A stretch of DNA of 64,000 nt from Betaproteobacteria bacterium (GTDB lineage Bacteria > Bacillota > SHA-98 > UBA4971). Location of the stretch: assembly GCA_050260395.1 (NCBI GenBank), contig JBLNCC010000086.1:71-64070 (forward strand), in the 5' to 3' direction. The notes under the pieces were generated by a model. That model worked only from the letters and a program-made list of their open reading frames with translations. It did not search any database and had not been told where the DNA came from. How positions within the stretch are numbered: position 1 is the stretch's first letter; every line of letters starts with the position of its first letter. A program made the position numbers and the translations under genes. Positions 51,500 to 62,741 of this stretch are shown here, piece by piece.

Positions 51500-54319
51500 G
51501 TGGAGCCGTATGTTTTGAGGCTTGAACAGATCGGACCGGAACACGACGCTTTCGTGGGCGGCAAGGCACGTAACCTTGCGAGGTTGCTGCGTGCCGGGTT
51601 GCCGGTGCCCCGGGGGTTCGTTATCACGACAGCGGCCTATCTTCGGTGTGCAGCTGGGGGACAAGGCAGCGGGCCTGGGGCGACGGCGGAGGTGGGAACG
51701 GCCACCTGCGACTTGCGTGCGCCCTGCCGGGACGGCACGACTGGCGCCGTCTGGGACGAGGTTCGCGAGGCCTACGATGAGCTTCTCCGCGTTCACCCGG
51801 GTGCGTCGTGCGCTGTGCGGTCCTCGGCCAACGTGGAAGATGAGGTCGGAGCGTCGCACGCGGGGCAGTACGACACGGTGCTCGGGGTCCGAAACTGGGA
51901 TGAGCTGGTCGAGGCCGTTCTGACTTGCTGGGGGTCGCTGAACGGGGAGAGGACGCGCGCGTACTTGCCGCATCGGGAGACGCGACACCGCCGAGGCCGC
52001 GTGGAACAAGCTATGGCAGTGGTCGTGCAGCGCGAGGTGCCAGCGGAGGTGAGCGGAGTTCTCTTCACCCTCAACCCGCAATCCGGCAGGGAGAACGAGA
52101 CGTTGGTGGAGGCCACCTGGGGACTGGGCGAAGCGCTCGTGGCTGGGATAGCCACGCCCGACAGGTTCGTGGTGGACACTTGGGAAGAGAGAGTCGTTGA
52201 GGCGCGGGTGAGCGAGAAGAAGGTCATGGTGACGTCCGGCGGGGGGGCGCCGGTGCCGGTGCCCGAGGACATGCGCGCCTGTCGCACGCTGGACGATGCC
52301 GCTCTTCTGTGCCTTGCGCATCTGGGAGAAAGGATTCAGGAGGAGTACGGACTGCCACAGGATGTGGAATGGGCGATGTCCGGAAAAGAGGTCTTCATTC
52401 TCCAGGCGCGTCCGATGACGGCCTTTTCGTTCGCGCCCGATTTCGGCGAGTGGACGTCGGCGAATTTCAGGGAGGTGATGCCGGGGTTCGCGTCGTATTT
52501 GAGCCAATCCCTGTCGTTCCACCACGATTTCGCCCGGGCCACCGAGGAGGTCTTCAAGCGCACGAGACTGTACCGCCGGGACGACGCGGGCACCACATGG
52601 GCGGCCACGTTCTTCGGACACGGCTACTGGAACGTAGGCGCGACCAAGCGGGTGGCCGCGCGGGTCCCGGGTTTCAAGGAGCGTGCCTTCGACCGGACCG
52701 TCGGGATCGTGCCGTCATATGAAGGGAACGGGACCGTGACCCCGTGGACCATGAGGACGGTGCTCAGCGCGCTGCCGTCGCTCTTCGCTTTGAAGAAGCA
52801 TTACCGGCTCGCGGTTGAGGAAGCCAGGCGGTTCATCTCGTGGTTCGAGGCGAACGAGCCCGGGTGGGACGCGATCGCGCCGGAAGGACTCAACGATGCA
52901 GAGCTCAAGTCGTGGGCCAGGTTTGCTGTCGACCTCCATTGGCAGGCAAACCGCTGGGCCCTGATTATCTCCCTCCTCGGGACGCAGGCCCAGGACGATT
53001 TCCATGCCACGGTGGAGAGACTTAACAAGCACGGGCAGAAGGCGGGGAAGGCCATATCCGAGGCTCGTCTCCTGACGGGCATCTCTCAGATGGCCACGGC
53101 GAGGCCGCTCGCCGCCATCTGGGAGCTTGCCAGCTTCGCGCAGGGGAGGCCCCAAGTGGCGGACGTCCTGAAGGCCGCTTCGCCCCGCGCTCTCTCGGAG
53201 ATGTTCGTCAACTGGCAGAATCAGACCGCGAGCGAGCCGCCCGACGCAAAGCGGGAATCGCCAGACCTGGATGAATTCTGGAAGCTGTTCGCCGCGTGCA
53301 TCTCGGAATTCCGCTACATGTCCGAGATCGACGAGGACCTAGCCGTTCCGCGGTGGTCCGAGGATACGGCGTTGCCCCTCTCGATGGTGCAAGCATGTCT
53401 GTCCGGGGAGGTCGGGGAAGATCCGCGCCTCCAGATAGCCCGGCAGGAGGAAGTGCGCAGACGGGAGGAAGAAGCCGCAGCTGCTATCCTGAGATCGCCG
53501 GGCCGGGTCGCGTGGCTCATGGGGCTTGTTCGGGTCCGTGCTTTCCGGGCCCAACTAGACCTTGTGAGGCACCTTGCGTGGTGGCGCGAGGAGACCCGGG
53601 TGTACCTCAGTCGCGCTAGGTACCATACGAGGCGGTTCCTTAAGGAGCAGGGGAAGCGTTGGGCTTCATGCGGGGCTCTCGACGCGGCCGATGATGTTTT
53701 CTGGATGTCCCGGGACGAGGTCCTCGGCCTGCTTGAAGGGTCTTGTGATTTCGAGAGAGTGCGGAAGGCTGTCAGGAAAAGACGACGCGTTCCCGTGGCT
53801 TACAGGAACTTCACCCCACCACCCGTGATCCAGCCTGGCCCCGTCCGCGTCCTCACTAGGCGTTCGCTGGCTTCACGCGCGCGAGGCATGGAGGACGGGA
53901 CCGAAGACACCGTGGCGATGGCGTACCCAAACCGTCAAAACGCGAAGATCGAGAAGACGACGGAAGGGGAGAGCGCACGCGAGGTGCACACTGGCGTGGG
54001 TTGCTCGGCAGGGGTGGCTCGCGGCCTGGCCAGAGTGATACGCTCCCTGGACGAAGCGGCCACTCTCCGAAGAGGCGAGATCCTGGTGGCACCCTTCGCG
54101 AACCCGGGTTGGATGCCTCTCTTCAACGTCGCGTCCGCCGTCGTGCTGGAAGAGGGAGGCCTGCTATCCCATAGCGCTGTGGTCGCCAGGGAGTATGGGA
54201 TTCCGGCGGTGCTTCAGGTGGAAGGGGCCACCACCAGGCTGCGCACCGGGGACCTCATAGTTGTCGACGGCGGGCGGGGCGTGGTTGAGGTGCTCAGCAG
54301 GGGTCACCAGGAGAGCTAG
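51500..54319 (+). CDS. PEP-synthase/PPDK-superfamily dikinase with rifampin phosphotransferase-like domain order
   Basis: N-terminal ATP-grasp (VGGKA, AVRSSANVED, SHAGQYDT, WGLGEALV, QDVEW, LQARP), large central helical domain, C-terminal swivel domain GGLLSHSAVVAREYGIPAV. No pyruvate-binding barrel. Confidence 0.85.
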   Translation: MEPYVLRLEQIGPEHDAFVGGKARNLARLLRAGLPVPRGFVITTAAYLRCAAGGQGSGPGATAEVGTATCDLRAPCRDGTTGAVWDEVREAYDELLRVHPGASCAVRSSANVEDEVGASHAGQYDTVLGVRNWDELVEAVLTCWGSLNGERTRAYLPHRETRHRRGRVEQAMAVVVQREVPAEVSGVLFTLNPQSGRENETLVEATWGLGEALVAGIATPDRFVVDTWEERVVEARVSEKKVMVTSGGGAPVPVPEDMRACRTLDDAALLCLAHLGERIQEEYGLPQDVEWAMSGKEVFILQARPMTAFSFAPDFGEWTSANFREVMPGFASYLSQSLSFHHDFARATEEVFKRTRLYRRDDAGTTWAATFFGHGYWNVGATKRVAARVPGFKERAFDRTVGIVPSYEGNGTVTPWTMRTVLSALPSLFALKKHYRLAVEEARRFISWFEANEPGWDAIAPEGLNDAELKSWARFAVDLHWQANRWALIISLLGTQAQDDFHATVERLNKHGQKAGKAISEARLLTGISQMATARPLAAIWELASFAQGRPQVADVLKAASPRALSEMFVNWQNQTASEPPDAKRESPDLDEFWKLFAACISEFRYMSEIDEDLAVPRWSEDTALPLSMVQACLSGEVGEDPRLQIARQEEVRRREEEAAAAILRSPGRVAWLMGLVRVRAFRAQLDLVRHLAWWREETRVYLSRARYHTRRFLKEQGKRWASCGALDAADDVFWMSRDEVLGLLEGSCDFERVRKAVRKRRRVPVAYRNFTPPPVIQPGPVRVLTRRSLASRARGMEDGTEDTVAMAYPNRQNAKIEKTTEGESAREVHTGVGCSAGVARGLARVIRSLDEAATLRRGEILVAPFANPGWMPLFNVASAVVLEEGGLLSHSAVVAREYGIPAVLQVEGATTRLRTGDLIVVDGGRGVVEVLSRGHQES

Positions 54320-54362
54320 ACACATCCCCTCAGTCTCGCCGTTTTCCCGGTTCGCTTACACC

Positions 54363-55028
54363 CTACGATATCAGACGACGGGCCTCCGAGTCCCTCTCGA
54401 GGCTTTCCAGCCTGTCCTCGAGCTCCTCTATCCTGCGGGTGAGGGCCTCAAGCGCTGTCTGGACAGGGTCCGGGAGGTTCTGGTGATCGAGGTCGATGCC
54501 CTGGATGCGCTTTCCGTACCTCGAGACCACCTTTCCAGGCACACCCACAACCGTGGCGCCGGCCGGCACGGGCCGCAGGACCACAGCCCCGGCGCCGATC
54601 TTCGCCTCATCGCCCACTTCGAACGATCCCAGTACCTTCGCTCCTGCCGCTATGACCACGCGGTTTCCTATGGTCGGGTGGCGCTTGCCTTTCTCCTTGC
54701 CGGTTCCACCCAGAGTCACTCCCTGGTAGATCGTGACATCGTCGCCGATCTCGGCTGTTTCGCCGATCACCACGCCCATGCCGTGGTCGATGAAAAGACG
54801 GCGTCCGATGCGCGCTCCTGGATGGATTTCTATCCCCGTCAGGAAACGCACGATGTGGGAGATGAGCCGCGCGATGACGAACATCCTCCTCTGGTAGAAG
54901 AAGTGGGCGATTCTGTATCCTACGACGGCATGAAGGCCGGGGTAGCACAGGATGACTTCAAGTACGTTCTTGGCTGCGGGGTCGCGCTCGAACACTACTT
55001 TGATGTCCTCTCGGATGCGGTCGAACAT
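54363..55028 (-). CDS. cysE: Serine O-acetyltransferase
   Basis: [39 protein letters not shown]. Confidence 0.95.
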   Translation of the reverse strand: MFDRIREDIKVVFERDPAAKNVLEVILCYPGLHAVVGYRIAHFFYQRRMFVIARLISHIVRFLTGIEIHPGARIGRRLFIDHGMGVVIGETAEIGDDVTIYQGVTLGGTGKEKGKRHPTIGNRVVIAAGAKVLGSFEVGDEAKIGAGAVVLRPVPAGATVVGVPGKVVSRYGKRIQGIDLDHQNLPDPVQTALEALTRRIEELEDRLESLERDSEARRLIS

Positions 55029-55077
55029 TGAAAGCTCCCTCCAACAACGGCTTCACGGGTCGGTGGTCGCCGGCTGC

Positions 55078-55114
55078 AATACCCTAGTATTTTAGTTGGG
55101 TTTGCTGTATTATA
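55078..55114 (-). promoter_or_regulatory. cysE extended -10 with an adjacent AT-rich dyad (possible CymR/Rrf2 operator)
   Basis: Minus strand TGTTATAAT at 55109-55117. Imperfect dyad AATACCCTAGTATTTTAGTTGGGTTT at 55078-55103. Confidence 0.4.
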
Positions 55115-55228
55115 ACACACGGAAGCGCCCCGCGCCAGGGGATGGGCGGTGGTACAGATGGGCACTGGTACATAGGTGCACATGGACTGGCCGGGCCGGG
55201 CTTTCGATGCACTACTTAGGGAGAGTGA

Positions 55229-56155
55229 GTGAGCGTCGTGGCAAGAATCGCCGATAGCGTGCAGGACGTTGTGGGAAAGACCCCTCTTGTCAGGATCCGT
55301 CGGATCGCGGAGGGACTGCGGGCGGAAATCGCGGCAAAACTGGAGTCCATGAATCCGGGCGGGAGCGTGAAGGATCGGGCTGCCCTCGGGATGCTCGTCG
55401 CAGCTGAGAAAGAGGGTAGGCTCGGCCCGGGGTCTGTGGTTGTGGAGCCAACGAGTGGCAACACGGGGATCGCTCTGGCAATGCTTTGCGCCTCGCGGGG
55501 CTTGCGTCTCATCGTGACCATGCCTGAATCTATGAGTGTTGAGAGGCGCAAGATCCTCGAAGCATACGGCGCCGAGGTCGTGCTCACCCCGGCGCGCGAG
55601 GGAATGGCCGGGGCTGTGCAACGGGCGCTGGAGATCGCGGGCTCCACGCCCGGGGCGTTCATGCCTCAACAGTTCACGAACCCCGCGAATGCTGAGGCGC
55701 ACCGTAGGACAACGGCGAGGGAGATCTGGGAAGATACCGACGGCAAGGTGGACGTGTTCGTGGCGGGCGTGGGCACCGGCGGGACCATCACGGGCGTGGG
55801 GGAAGCCCTCAAGGCCAAGAAGCCCGATATTCGTGTCGTTGCCGTCGAGCCGGAGGAATCCCCCGTGCTGGAGGGCGGGCCCGCCGGAAGCCACGGAATC
55901 CAGGGCATCGGCGCCGGCTTTGTGCCGGACGTGCTCAACGTGGGGGTCATCGACGAAGTCGTCGCCGTGTCGAGTGCAGAGGCGGTCTCGATGGCCCGCA
56001 GGCTTGCAAGGGAGGAGGGCATCCTCGCGGGCATATCATCAGGTGCCGCGCTTGCCGCGGCTGTCCGCGTCGCGCGAAGGCCGGAAAACGAGGGGCGTCT
56101 CCTGGTTGTGGTGTTTCCAGATGGCGGGGAACGGTACCTCTCGACTGGCAGCTGA
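55229..56155 (+). CDS. cysK: Cysteine synthase A
   Basis: [51 protein letters not shown]. Confidence 0.96.
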   Translation: MSVVARIADSVQDVVGKTPLVRIRRIAEGLRAEIAAKLESMNPGGSVKDRAALGMLVAAEKEGRLGPGSVVVEPTSGNTGIALAMLCASRGLRLIVTMPESMSVERRKILEAYGAEVVLTPAREGMAGAVQRALEIAGSTPGAFMPQQFTNPANAEAHRRTTAREIWEDTDGKVDVFVAGVGTGGTITGVGEALKAKKPDIRVVAVEPEESPVLEGGPAGSHGIQGIGAGFVPDVLNVGVIDEVVAVSSAEAVSMARRLAREEGILAGISSGAALAAAVRVARRPENEGRLLVVVFPDGGERYLSTGS

Positions 56156-56333
56156 CCCCTGCCGCGCGAAAAAGCACGGGTGGTTGGCGGCGGGCCGGAG
56201 GGACGTGGCTGGTACGCCTCCTGTGTTCTGCGCATAATAGCCGTGGGACGACAACCAGCTGTATCGGGTGCATTCCGGTGCGGCGGTGCGGGCGGGTCCC
56301 AACTCCAGTGCGCAGGATGGGAGGCTGAGGCAG

Positions 56334-57284
56334 GTGGCTGCCAAAAGGAACAGGAGCTTACTTTGGCTCGGGATCGGTCTTCTCGTCGTGGTGCTCGTCG
56401 TGATAGGGGTGTCACGGGCCAGGAGGGCGGTCCTCGCGAAGGAGCCCACCATCAGAGTGTATCTATCCGATCAGAACAGGGTCGAGGCGATGCCCATGGA
56501 AGAATACGTGGCCGCCGTGGTGGCAGGCGAGATGAAGAACTACTGGCCCAGGGAGGCCCTGGCGGCCCAGGCTATCGTCGCGCGCACGTTCGCCCTGAAG
56601 ACGCTCGAGGAGATGCGCGGCAAGGGGCCGATGGGCTCGGACATCCAGGCGGGATTCAAGCAAGCTCAAGAGTTTAAGCCGGAGAACGTAAACGACGCGA
56701 TCAGAGCGGCGGTCCGCGAGACGCGAGGCAAGGTCTTGACCCATGGCGGGGAGCTCATCGACGCGTGGTTCCACTCGAACGCCGGCGGCATCACGGCTCT
56801 CGCCAAGGAGGGTCTCAACCTTCGTGGTCCTGAGCCTCCTTACACGGTCGTAAAGAAGAGCCCTGACATGATGTCGGACGTGCCTGCCGAGGACCGCGTC
56901 TGGTCCGCCACATTCACCACGGCTGAGGTCGAGGCCGCCCTGAACAAGATCGGCATCCCGGTCAACGGAGTAACCGGGATGTCCGTGGCCAAGCGCGGTC
57001 CTTCTGGACGGGCGCAGGCGATAACCATCCACCACTCGGGGGGGGACGTCACTATCGGTGGCAACGACCTCCGCGTGGCCCTCGACCCGATGCGTATGAG
57101 ATCCAACCTCATAACTAGCCTCGAGGTGCGCGACGGCGAGGTCCGTATGAGCGGAAAGGGTTTCGGCCACGGCGTGGGGATGAGCCAATGGGGCGCCTAC
57201 AATATGGCGAAAGCAGGACGGCGCCACGAGGAGATCTGCACTTACTATTTCAATGGCGTGAGGGTGGAGAAACGCTGGGCGTAG
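56334..57284 (+). CDS. SpoIID/LytB domain protein
   Basis: N-terminal TM segment. EEYVAAVVAGEM..EALAAQAIVARTF and GFGHGVGMSQWGA. Confidence 0.9.
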   Translation: MAAKRNRSLLWLGIGLLVVVLVVIGVSRARRAVLAKEPTIRVYLSDQNRVEAMPMEEYVAAVVAGEMKNYWPREALAAQAIVARTFALKTLEEMRGKGPMGSDIQAGFKQAQEFKPENVNDAIRAAVRETRGKVLTHGGELIDAWFHSNAGGITALAKEGLNLRGPEPPYTVVKKSPDMMSDVPAEDRVWSATFTTAEVEAALNKIGIPVNGVTGMSVAKRGPSGRAQAITIHHSGGDVTIGGNDLRVALDPMRMRSNLITSLEVRDGEVRMSGKGFGHGVGMSQWGAYNMAKAGRRHEEICTYYFNGVRVEKRWA

Positions 57285-57308
57285 CCTGACACGAGGAGGG
57301 GTTCTGCG

Positions 57309-59783
57309 ATGGAAGTGGAAGGAGGAGACTCGAGGAAGGAGCGCCTTTGTGCGCTTTCCGAGCGAGCCGGGGACCCGGCGTGCGAACGCCTGCGTGCGAC
57401 CGCTAACGGCGAGGGCGGGGACGCTCGCGACACGGCTAGCTCCCCTGCCCGGACCGCTGGCGTGCGCCTGGTGAGGGCGGGAGGCTCTGCGAAACGCGCG
57501 CCTCACGAGAGCGAGGCGCGCGCCGTGCTCCAGGTAAAGGGGATGACGTGCGCTTCGTGCGTGGCCAGGGTGGAGCGCGCCCTCCGGCGTGCGCCCGGCG
57601 TGGTCGATGCGGTCGTGAACCTTGCCACTGAGAAGGCCACTGTCCATTATGACCCAGATGAGACATCCCCCGACAACCTCGTGAGAACCGTGCGCGACGC
57701 GGGATACGAGGCTTGTGAGCTCCGGGAAAGTGATAGGCAGAATCTGGGAAAGATGGAGGAGGAACGCCGGCGCGAGGCCGAGATAAGGCGGCAAACAGCC
57801 GTCTTCGTCCTGGCTGCCGTCCTCTCGGCGCCGCTCGTTTCGCTCATGCTGTCCCATCTGCTGGGCGTGCGATTGCCTGCGCCGCTTGCGAATCCGTTCT
57901 CGCAGTTCGTCCTGGCCACGCCTGTGCAGTTCGTTGCGGGGCGGCAGTTCTACACCGGTGCCGCGGCGGCTCTGCGCGCTCGCTCGCCCAACATGGACGT
58001 GCTCGTCGCCCTCGGTACCACGGCCGCGTACGGCTTCAGCGTGTACGAGACGTTCGCGGGTCAGGGCCACGTTTACTATGAGTCTTCCGCCGTAGTCATC
58101 ACCCTTGTGCTTCTCGGCCGCCTCCTCGAAGCGAGGGCGAAAGGCAGAACCTCCGAGGCCATAAGAAAGCTTGTGCGTCTCGCTCCTCGAGTCGCGCACG
58201 TGGTGCGCGGCGGCGCCGAGACGGACGTTCCCACCGACGAGGTGATGGTGGGCGACGTGGTGGTCGTGAGGCCCGGCGAAAGGATTCCCGTGGACGGAAT
58301 CGTTCTGGAGGGCACGTCGGTCGTGGACGAATCGATGCTCACGGGAGAGAGCATACCCGTGGAGAAGGCTCCTGGCGATGAGGTCACTGGGGCGACGGTC
58401 AACGGGCACGGGTGGTTCAAGCTCCGTGCGACCAGGGTGGGGAGGGACACGGTGCTCTCTCAGATCGTGCGGATGGTGGAGGAGGCGCAAGGGTCCAAGG
58501 CGCCCATCCAGCGCCTCGCGGACGTCGTCGCGGGTTACTTCGTCCCAGTGGTGCTTGGTGTGGCTTTTCTCGCGTTTGTGGGATGGTTCGTCGCGACGCG
58601 TGATCCCGGCCGCGCGTTGTTTGCGTTCACCGCGGTCTTAGTGATCGCCTGCCCGTGCGCCCTCGGGCTTGCGACGCCGACCGCGATCATGGTCGGCACG
58701 GGAAGAGGGGCGGAGGCCGGTATCTTGATCCGCGGCGCGGAACACCTCGAAAGGGCTCACAAGGTAGACACGGTGGTGTTTGACAAGACCGGCACTCTCA
58801 CGAAGGGTGAGCCTGAGGTGGTGCGCGAGGTTTCCACCGATGAAACTCGAGCACAGCGGGAAACGTCAACGACCGCGGCTGTCCCGAGCTCGGGTTCGGG
58901 GGCGGACGAGCCGGCGGAGACGCCTGCCAGGACGATGATGAGGCTCGCGGGTTCGGCCGAGTTGCGGTCGGAGCACCCGCTGGGCGCGGCCGTGGTGCGG
59001 CGGGCTCGTGACCTCGGTATAGAGCCTGCGGAGCCTGCCGAGTTCGAGGCGGTCCCGGGCAAGGGCGTCCGGGCCGTGGTGGATGGCAACGTCGTGCATG
59101 TCGGGACGCTCCGCTTCCTTGAAGAGGCTGGCGTGGACGTGCCAGGGGAACTTGATGAGGTTCGTCGCTCCATGGAAGCTGAAGGGCAGACGGCCATGTT
59201 CGTCGCAGCGGGCCGACGGGCTCTTGGCGTCATAGGCGTGGCCGACACTGTAAAGGACACTTCGCGCGAGGCTATCCAAGCCCTTCGCGCTCTTGGGGTG
59301 GACGTCGTGATGATAACGGGCGATAACGAGCGCACGGCCCGTGCCATCGCGCGGCAGGTAGGCATCGAGAGGGTGCTTGCCGAGGTGCTTCCAGGAGAGA
59401 AGGCCAGGGAGGTTGAGAGGCTCCGCTCGGAGGGAAGGGTGGTGGCAATGGTGGGGGACGGGATCAACGATGCGCCCGCCCTCGCTGCTGCTGATGTCGG
59501 GATAGCGTTGGGAACCGGGACGGACATAGCGATGGAGGCTGCGGACATCACCCTCATTCGAGGAGACATCCGCGCTGTGGCCGCAGCGATCCGCCTCAGC
59601 CGCCGCACGATGGCAACCATCCGCCAGAACCTGTTCTGGGCGTTCATCTACAACGTCATCGGCATTCCCCTTGCCGCTCTTGGTCTCCTCTCCCCGGTGA
59701 TCGCGGGAACGGCCATGGCCTTCTCATCGGTGTCGGTCGTGACCAACTCCCTGAGGCTGCGCCGCTTTGACCCGTTGAGCTAG
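57309..59783 (+). CDS. copA: Copper-translocating P1B-1 ATPase
   Basis: [33 protein letters not shown] motifs YN and MAFSS are typical of Cu(I) pumps. Confidence 0.93.
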   Translation: MEVEGGDSRKERLCALSERAGDPACERLRATANGEGGDARDTASSPARTAGVRLVRAGGSAKRAPHESEARAVLQVKGMTCASCVARVERALRRAPGVVDAVVNLATEKATVHYDPDETSPDNLVRTVRDAGYEACELRESDRQNLGKMEEERRREAEIRRQTAVFVLAAVLSAPLVSLMLSHLLGVRLPAPLANPFSQFVLATPVQFVAGRQFYTGAAAALRARSPNMDVLVALGTTAAYGFSVYETFAGQGHVYYESSAVVITLVLLGRLLEARAKGRTSEAIRKLVRLAPRVAHVVRGGAETDVPTDEVMVGDVVVVRPGERIPVDGIVLEGTSVVDESMLTGESIPVEKAPGDEVTGATVNGHGWFKLRATRVGRDTVLSQIVRMVEEAQGSKAPIQRLADVVAGYFVPVVLGVAFLAFVGWFVATRDPGRALFAFTAVLVIACPCALGLATPTAIMVGTGRGAEAGILIRGAEHLERAHKVDTVVFDKTGTLTKGEPEVVREVSTDETRAQRETSTTAAVPSSGSGADEPAETPARTMMRLAGSAELRSEHPLGAAVVRRARDLGIEPAEPAEFEAVPGKGVRAVVDGNVVHVGTLRFLEEAGVDVPGELDEVRRSMEAEGQTAMFVAAGRRALGVIGVADTVKDTSREAIQALRALGVDVVMITGDNERTARAIARQVGIERVLAEVLPGEKAREVERLRSEGRVVAMVGDGINDAPALAAADVGIALGTGTDIAMEAADITLIRGDIRAVAAAIRLSRRTMATIRQNLFWAFIYNVIGIPLAALGLLSPVIAGTAMAFSSVSVVTNSLRLRRFDPLS

Positions 59784-60787
59784 GAAGAGGGAAGGGCGGA
59801 GATTATGGCGTCCGCCATCTCTCCGGTCGTGGCGGTGCCACCAAGATCTGGTGTGAGAACACGGCCTTCGGCTAGCACCTTTATGACCGCCGCCTCAACC
59901 GCCGCGGCGCGCCGGGTTTCTTTGAGGTGCCTCAACATCATGGCCCCGGAAAGGATGGTGGCAACGGGGTTTGCGACCCCCCTCCCGGCGATCTCGGGGG
60001 CGCTTCCGTGGACTGGCTCGAAGACTGCGATTCCATCCCCTATGTTGGCTCCTGGGGCAAGGCCCAACCCACCTACGAGGCCTGAGGCGAGGTCCGAGAC
60101 GATGTCCCCGTACAGATTCGGAAGCAGCAATACGTCGAAGCCTTCCGGCGCCATGACCAGCTGCATGCAGAGGGCATCGATGATCCGATCGTCGAACTGG
60201 ATCTCAGGGTAATCGCGGGCCACCGTGCGCGCGCAGTCGAGGAAGAGCCCATCGGTGAACTTCATGATGTTGGCCTTGTGGCCGCAGGTCACTCGACGGC
60301 GCCCCTCGCGCCTCGCGAACTCCATTGCGGCCCGGGCGATGCGTTCCGAGCCTTTGCGCGTGATGATCTTGAGGGTCTCCGCGGTGTCCTTGTCCACCCA
60401 GCGCTCCTTGCCGGCGTACACGTCCTCTGTGGCCTCGCGGAATATCACGATGTCGACCTGGGGATACCTTGTGGGCACGGAAGGCAGGGTTTTGATGGGC
60501 CGGACGTTCGCGTAAAGGTCGAGGGCGATGCGAAGGCCCACGTTGACGCTACGGAACCCAGTCCCAACAGGGGTTGTAACAGGGCCTTTGAGCGCAACGC
60601 CGGTACGTCTCACCGACTCGATGACTTCGTCCGGCAAAGGGGTGCCGCGGCGCTCCAGTACCTCCGCGCCCGCTTGCGCTTCTTCCCAGTCGATCGCGAC
60701 CCCGGTGGCCTCGATGACGCGTTTTGCGGCGAAGACTACCTCGGGACCGATCCCGTCCCCAGGCATGAGCGTTACTCTATGCGACAC
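59780..60787 (-). CDS. Isocitrate/homoisocitrate/isopropylmalate dehydrogenase family protein
   Basis: [47 protein letters not shown]. Confidence 0.92.
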   Translation of the reverse strand: MSHRVTLMPGDGIGPEVVFAAKRVIEATGVAIDWEEAQAGAEVLERRGTPLPDEVIESVRRTGVALKGPVTTPVGTGFRSVNVGLRIALDLYANVRPIKTLPSVPTRYPQVDIVIFREATEDVYAGKERWVDKDTAETLKIITRKGSERIARAAMEFARREGRRRVTCGHKANIMKFTDGLFLDCARTVARDYPEIQFDDRIIDALCMQLVMAPEGFDVLLLPNLYGDIVSDLASGLVGGLGLAPGANIGDGIAVFEPVHGSAPEIAGRGVANPVATILSGAMMLRHLKETRRAAAVEAAVIKVLAEGRVLTPDLGGTATTGEMADAIISALPSS

Positions 60788-60835
60788 AGCGTATCCCTCC
60801 GGCGGGGCGGTTCAACGGAACCACAAGTGTGTGCG

Positions 60836-61339
60836 TCACAGGCCGAGGTTGAACCCGCCGTGCTTGCGGATGTGCGCGGCGAGACCCCCGTCCTCGAAAA
60901 TTCGCTGCATGAACGGCGGCAGAGGTGACGCGCTCGCCGTGATGCCTTGGGTGAGGTTAACCACGGTGCCACGACCGAGATCAACTTCCAGCTCGTCTCC
61001 GTTGGAGATGGTGCTAGTGTCGCACTCTACCACGGGGAGGCCTGTGTTAACCGCGTTTCTGTAGAACAGCCTCGCGAAAGACACAGCTATGACCGCTCCC
61101 ACCTTCGCGTGGATGAGAGCGAGCGGCGCCTGCTCGCGAGACGACCCGCACCCGAAGTTCCTCCCGGCCACAACAAAGTCACCGGGCTTGAGCCTCGCGT
61201 GGAACTCCGGGTCGAGGTCCTCCATGACGTGCTTTGCAAGCTCGTCCATATCGAGCGTCTTGAACTTGTACTTCCCGGCGATGATGTAGTCGGTATTGAT
61301 GTCGTCACCGAACCTGTGAGCTCTTCCTCTCAGGACCAC
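60836..61339 (-). CDS. Aconitase-family dehydratase small subunit (LeuD/HacB type)
   Basis: GDDINTDYII, NFGCGSSREQA, SFARLFYRNAVNTG. GGAGGTGA RBS. Confidence 0.92.
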   Translation of the reverse strand: MVLRGRAHRFGDDINTDYIIAGKYKFKTLDMDELAKHVMEDLDPEFHARLKPGDFVVAGRNFGCGSSREQAPLALIHAKVGAVIAVSFARLFYRNAVNTGLPVVECDTSTISNGDELEVDLGRGTVVNLTQGITASASPLPPFMQRIFEDGGLAAHIRKHGGFNLGL

Positions 61340-61401
61340 TCGGCCATCACCTCCGTGAGAATCCCCCGGCGATTTCCGTTTCAACCATCAACGGAAAAGC
61401 C

Positions 61402-62658
61402 TCATCCGAGGAACTTCCTCGGGTCTGCGATCCTTCCGGCGAGCGCCGACGCTGCCACCGTCGCGGGGGAGGCGAGATAGATCTGGGCGGATGGGTTGCC
61501 CATCCTCCCTTTGAAATTGCGGTTAGCGGTGGATATCACGACCTCGCCGTCTGCCGGCACACCGCCATGGGTGCCCACACACGGGCCGCACCCCGGAGCA
61601 AGCACGGCTGCTCCCGCGTTCAGAAGGATCTCCAGCACCCCTTCGCGCAGGGCCTCGATGAGGATACGCCGGGAGGCCGGCGCGACCACGAGGCGCACCG
61701 AAGGACTCACCCTTTTGCCTTTGAGAATCGCAGCGGCGACGCGTAAGTCCTCGAGCCGGCCGTTCGTGCATGTCCCAATGAACGCCTCGTGGATCTCGAC
61801 TCCCGAGAGGTCCTGGACTTCACACACGTTGTCCACTTTGTGCGGCCGGGCTACCTGCGGCGCAAGGCGGGAGACGTCGAATTCCCGCACGTCCGCGTAG
61901 CGGGCGTCTTCATCCGCGAAGACCGGGTGGAACTTCCTCTTCAAGCGCCCACGCACCCATGCGAGAACCTCGCCGCTGGGTGCTATGATCCCAGCCTTGG
62001 CGCCCATTTCCACCGCCATGTTGCACAGCGTGAACCTGGCATCCACCCCGAGGTCGTCCATGGCCTCTCCGCTGAACTCGCAGGACATGTACGTCGCGCC
62101 GGACGCTGTGATCTTGCCGGCGAGGTACAGCGCGAGGTCCTTGCTGTAAGTCCCCGGCGGAAGGTGGCCTTTGCAGACTATCTTCATGCTCTCTGGCACC
62201 TTGAGCCAGGTCTTACCGGTGATGAGGGCCGCCGCGAGGTCGGTGGACCCCACGCCCGTCGAGAACGCTCCGAGGCCACCGTAGGTGCAGGTATGAGAAT
62301 CGGCTCCCACCACGAGGTCTCCCGGGGCAACGTGTCCGCGCTCCGGGACCAGCTGGTGACAGACGCCCTCGCCGACATCGTAGAGGATGGAGCCTTGCTC
62401 GGCGGCGAAATCCCTCATGAGTTTGTGGAGGTTTGCCGTGCCCTCGTTCGGGCTCGGAGCGCCGTGGTCTATCACCATGGCGACCTTCCCAGGGTCGAAG
62501 ACCTTCTTCCCGCCCATCTCGCGAAAAGCCTTGATGGCAAGGGGCGAGGTGCCATCCTGCCCCATCACGAAATCCACATCGGCGAGGACGATATCCCCGG
62601 CACGAGCATCAACGCCTGAATGGCTTGAGAGGATCTTCTCTGCGATGGTCTTGCCCAA
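61402..62658 (-). CDS. Aconitase-family dehydratase large subunit (LeuC/HacA type)
   Basis: DSHTCTYG, IGTCTNGR, PGCGPCVG (4Fe-4S ligands), NRNFKGRMG. Confidence 0.94.
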   Translation of the reverse strand: MGKTIAEKILSSHSGVDARAGDIVLADVDFVMGQDGTSPLAIKAFREMGGKKVFDPGKVAMVIDHGAPSPNEGTANLHKLMRDFAAEQGSILYDVGEGVCHQLVPERGHVAPGDLVVGADSHTCTYGGLGAFSTGVGSTDLAAALITGKTWLKVPESMKIVCKGHLPPGTYSKDLALYLAGKITASGATYMSCEFSGEAMDDLGVDARFTLCNMAVEMGAKAGIIAPSGEVLAWVRGRLKRKFHPVFADEDARYADVREFDVSRLAPQVARPHKVDNVCEVQDLSGVEIHEAFIGTCTNGRLEDLRVAAAILKGKRVSPSVRLVVAPASRRILIEALREGVLEILLNAGAAVLAPGCGPCVGTHGGVPADGEVVISTANRNFKGRMGNPSAQIYLASPATVAASALAGRIADPRKFLG

Positions 62659-62741
62659 GCTTCTGCTGCCTCCCTGTGCGCTGACACGTTTGCCGCTGTC
62701 GCCGCGCTGTTGCAGCCGCGGCTACGCATCACAAGCCGACG

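Noticed and set aside
51500-54319. Calling the dikinase a rifampin resistance gene (rph) or ppsA
   Set aside because: It shares only the domain order with RPH, and specificity cannot be read from sequence. It lacks the C-terminal pyruvate barrel of PpsA.
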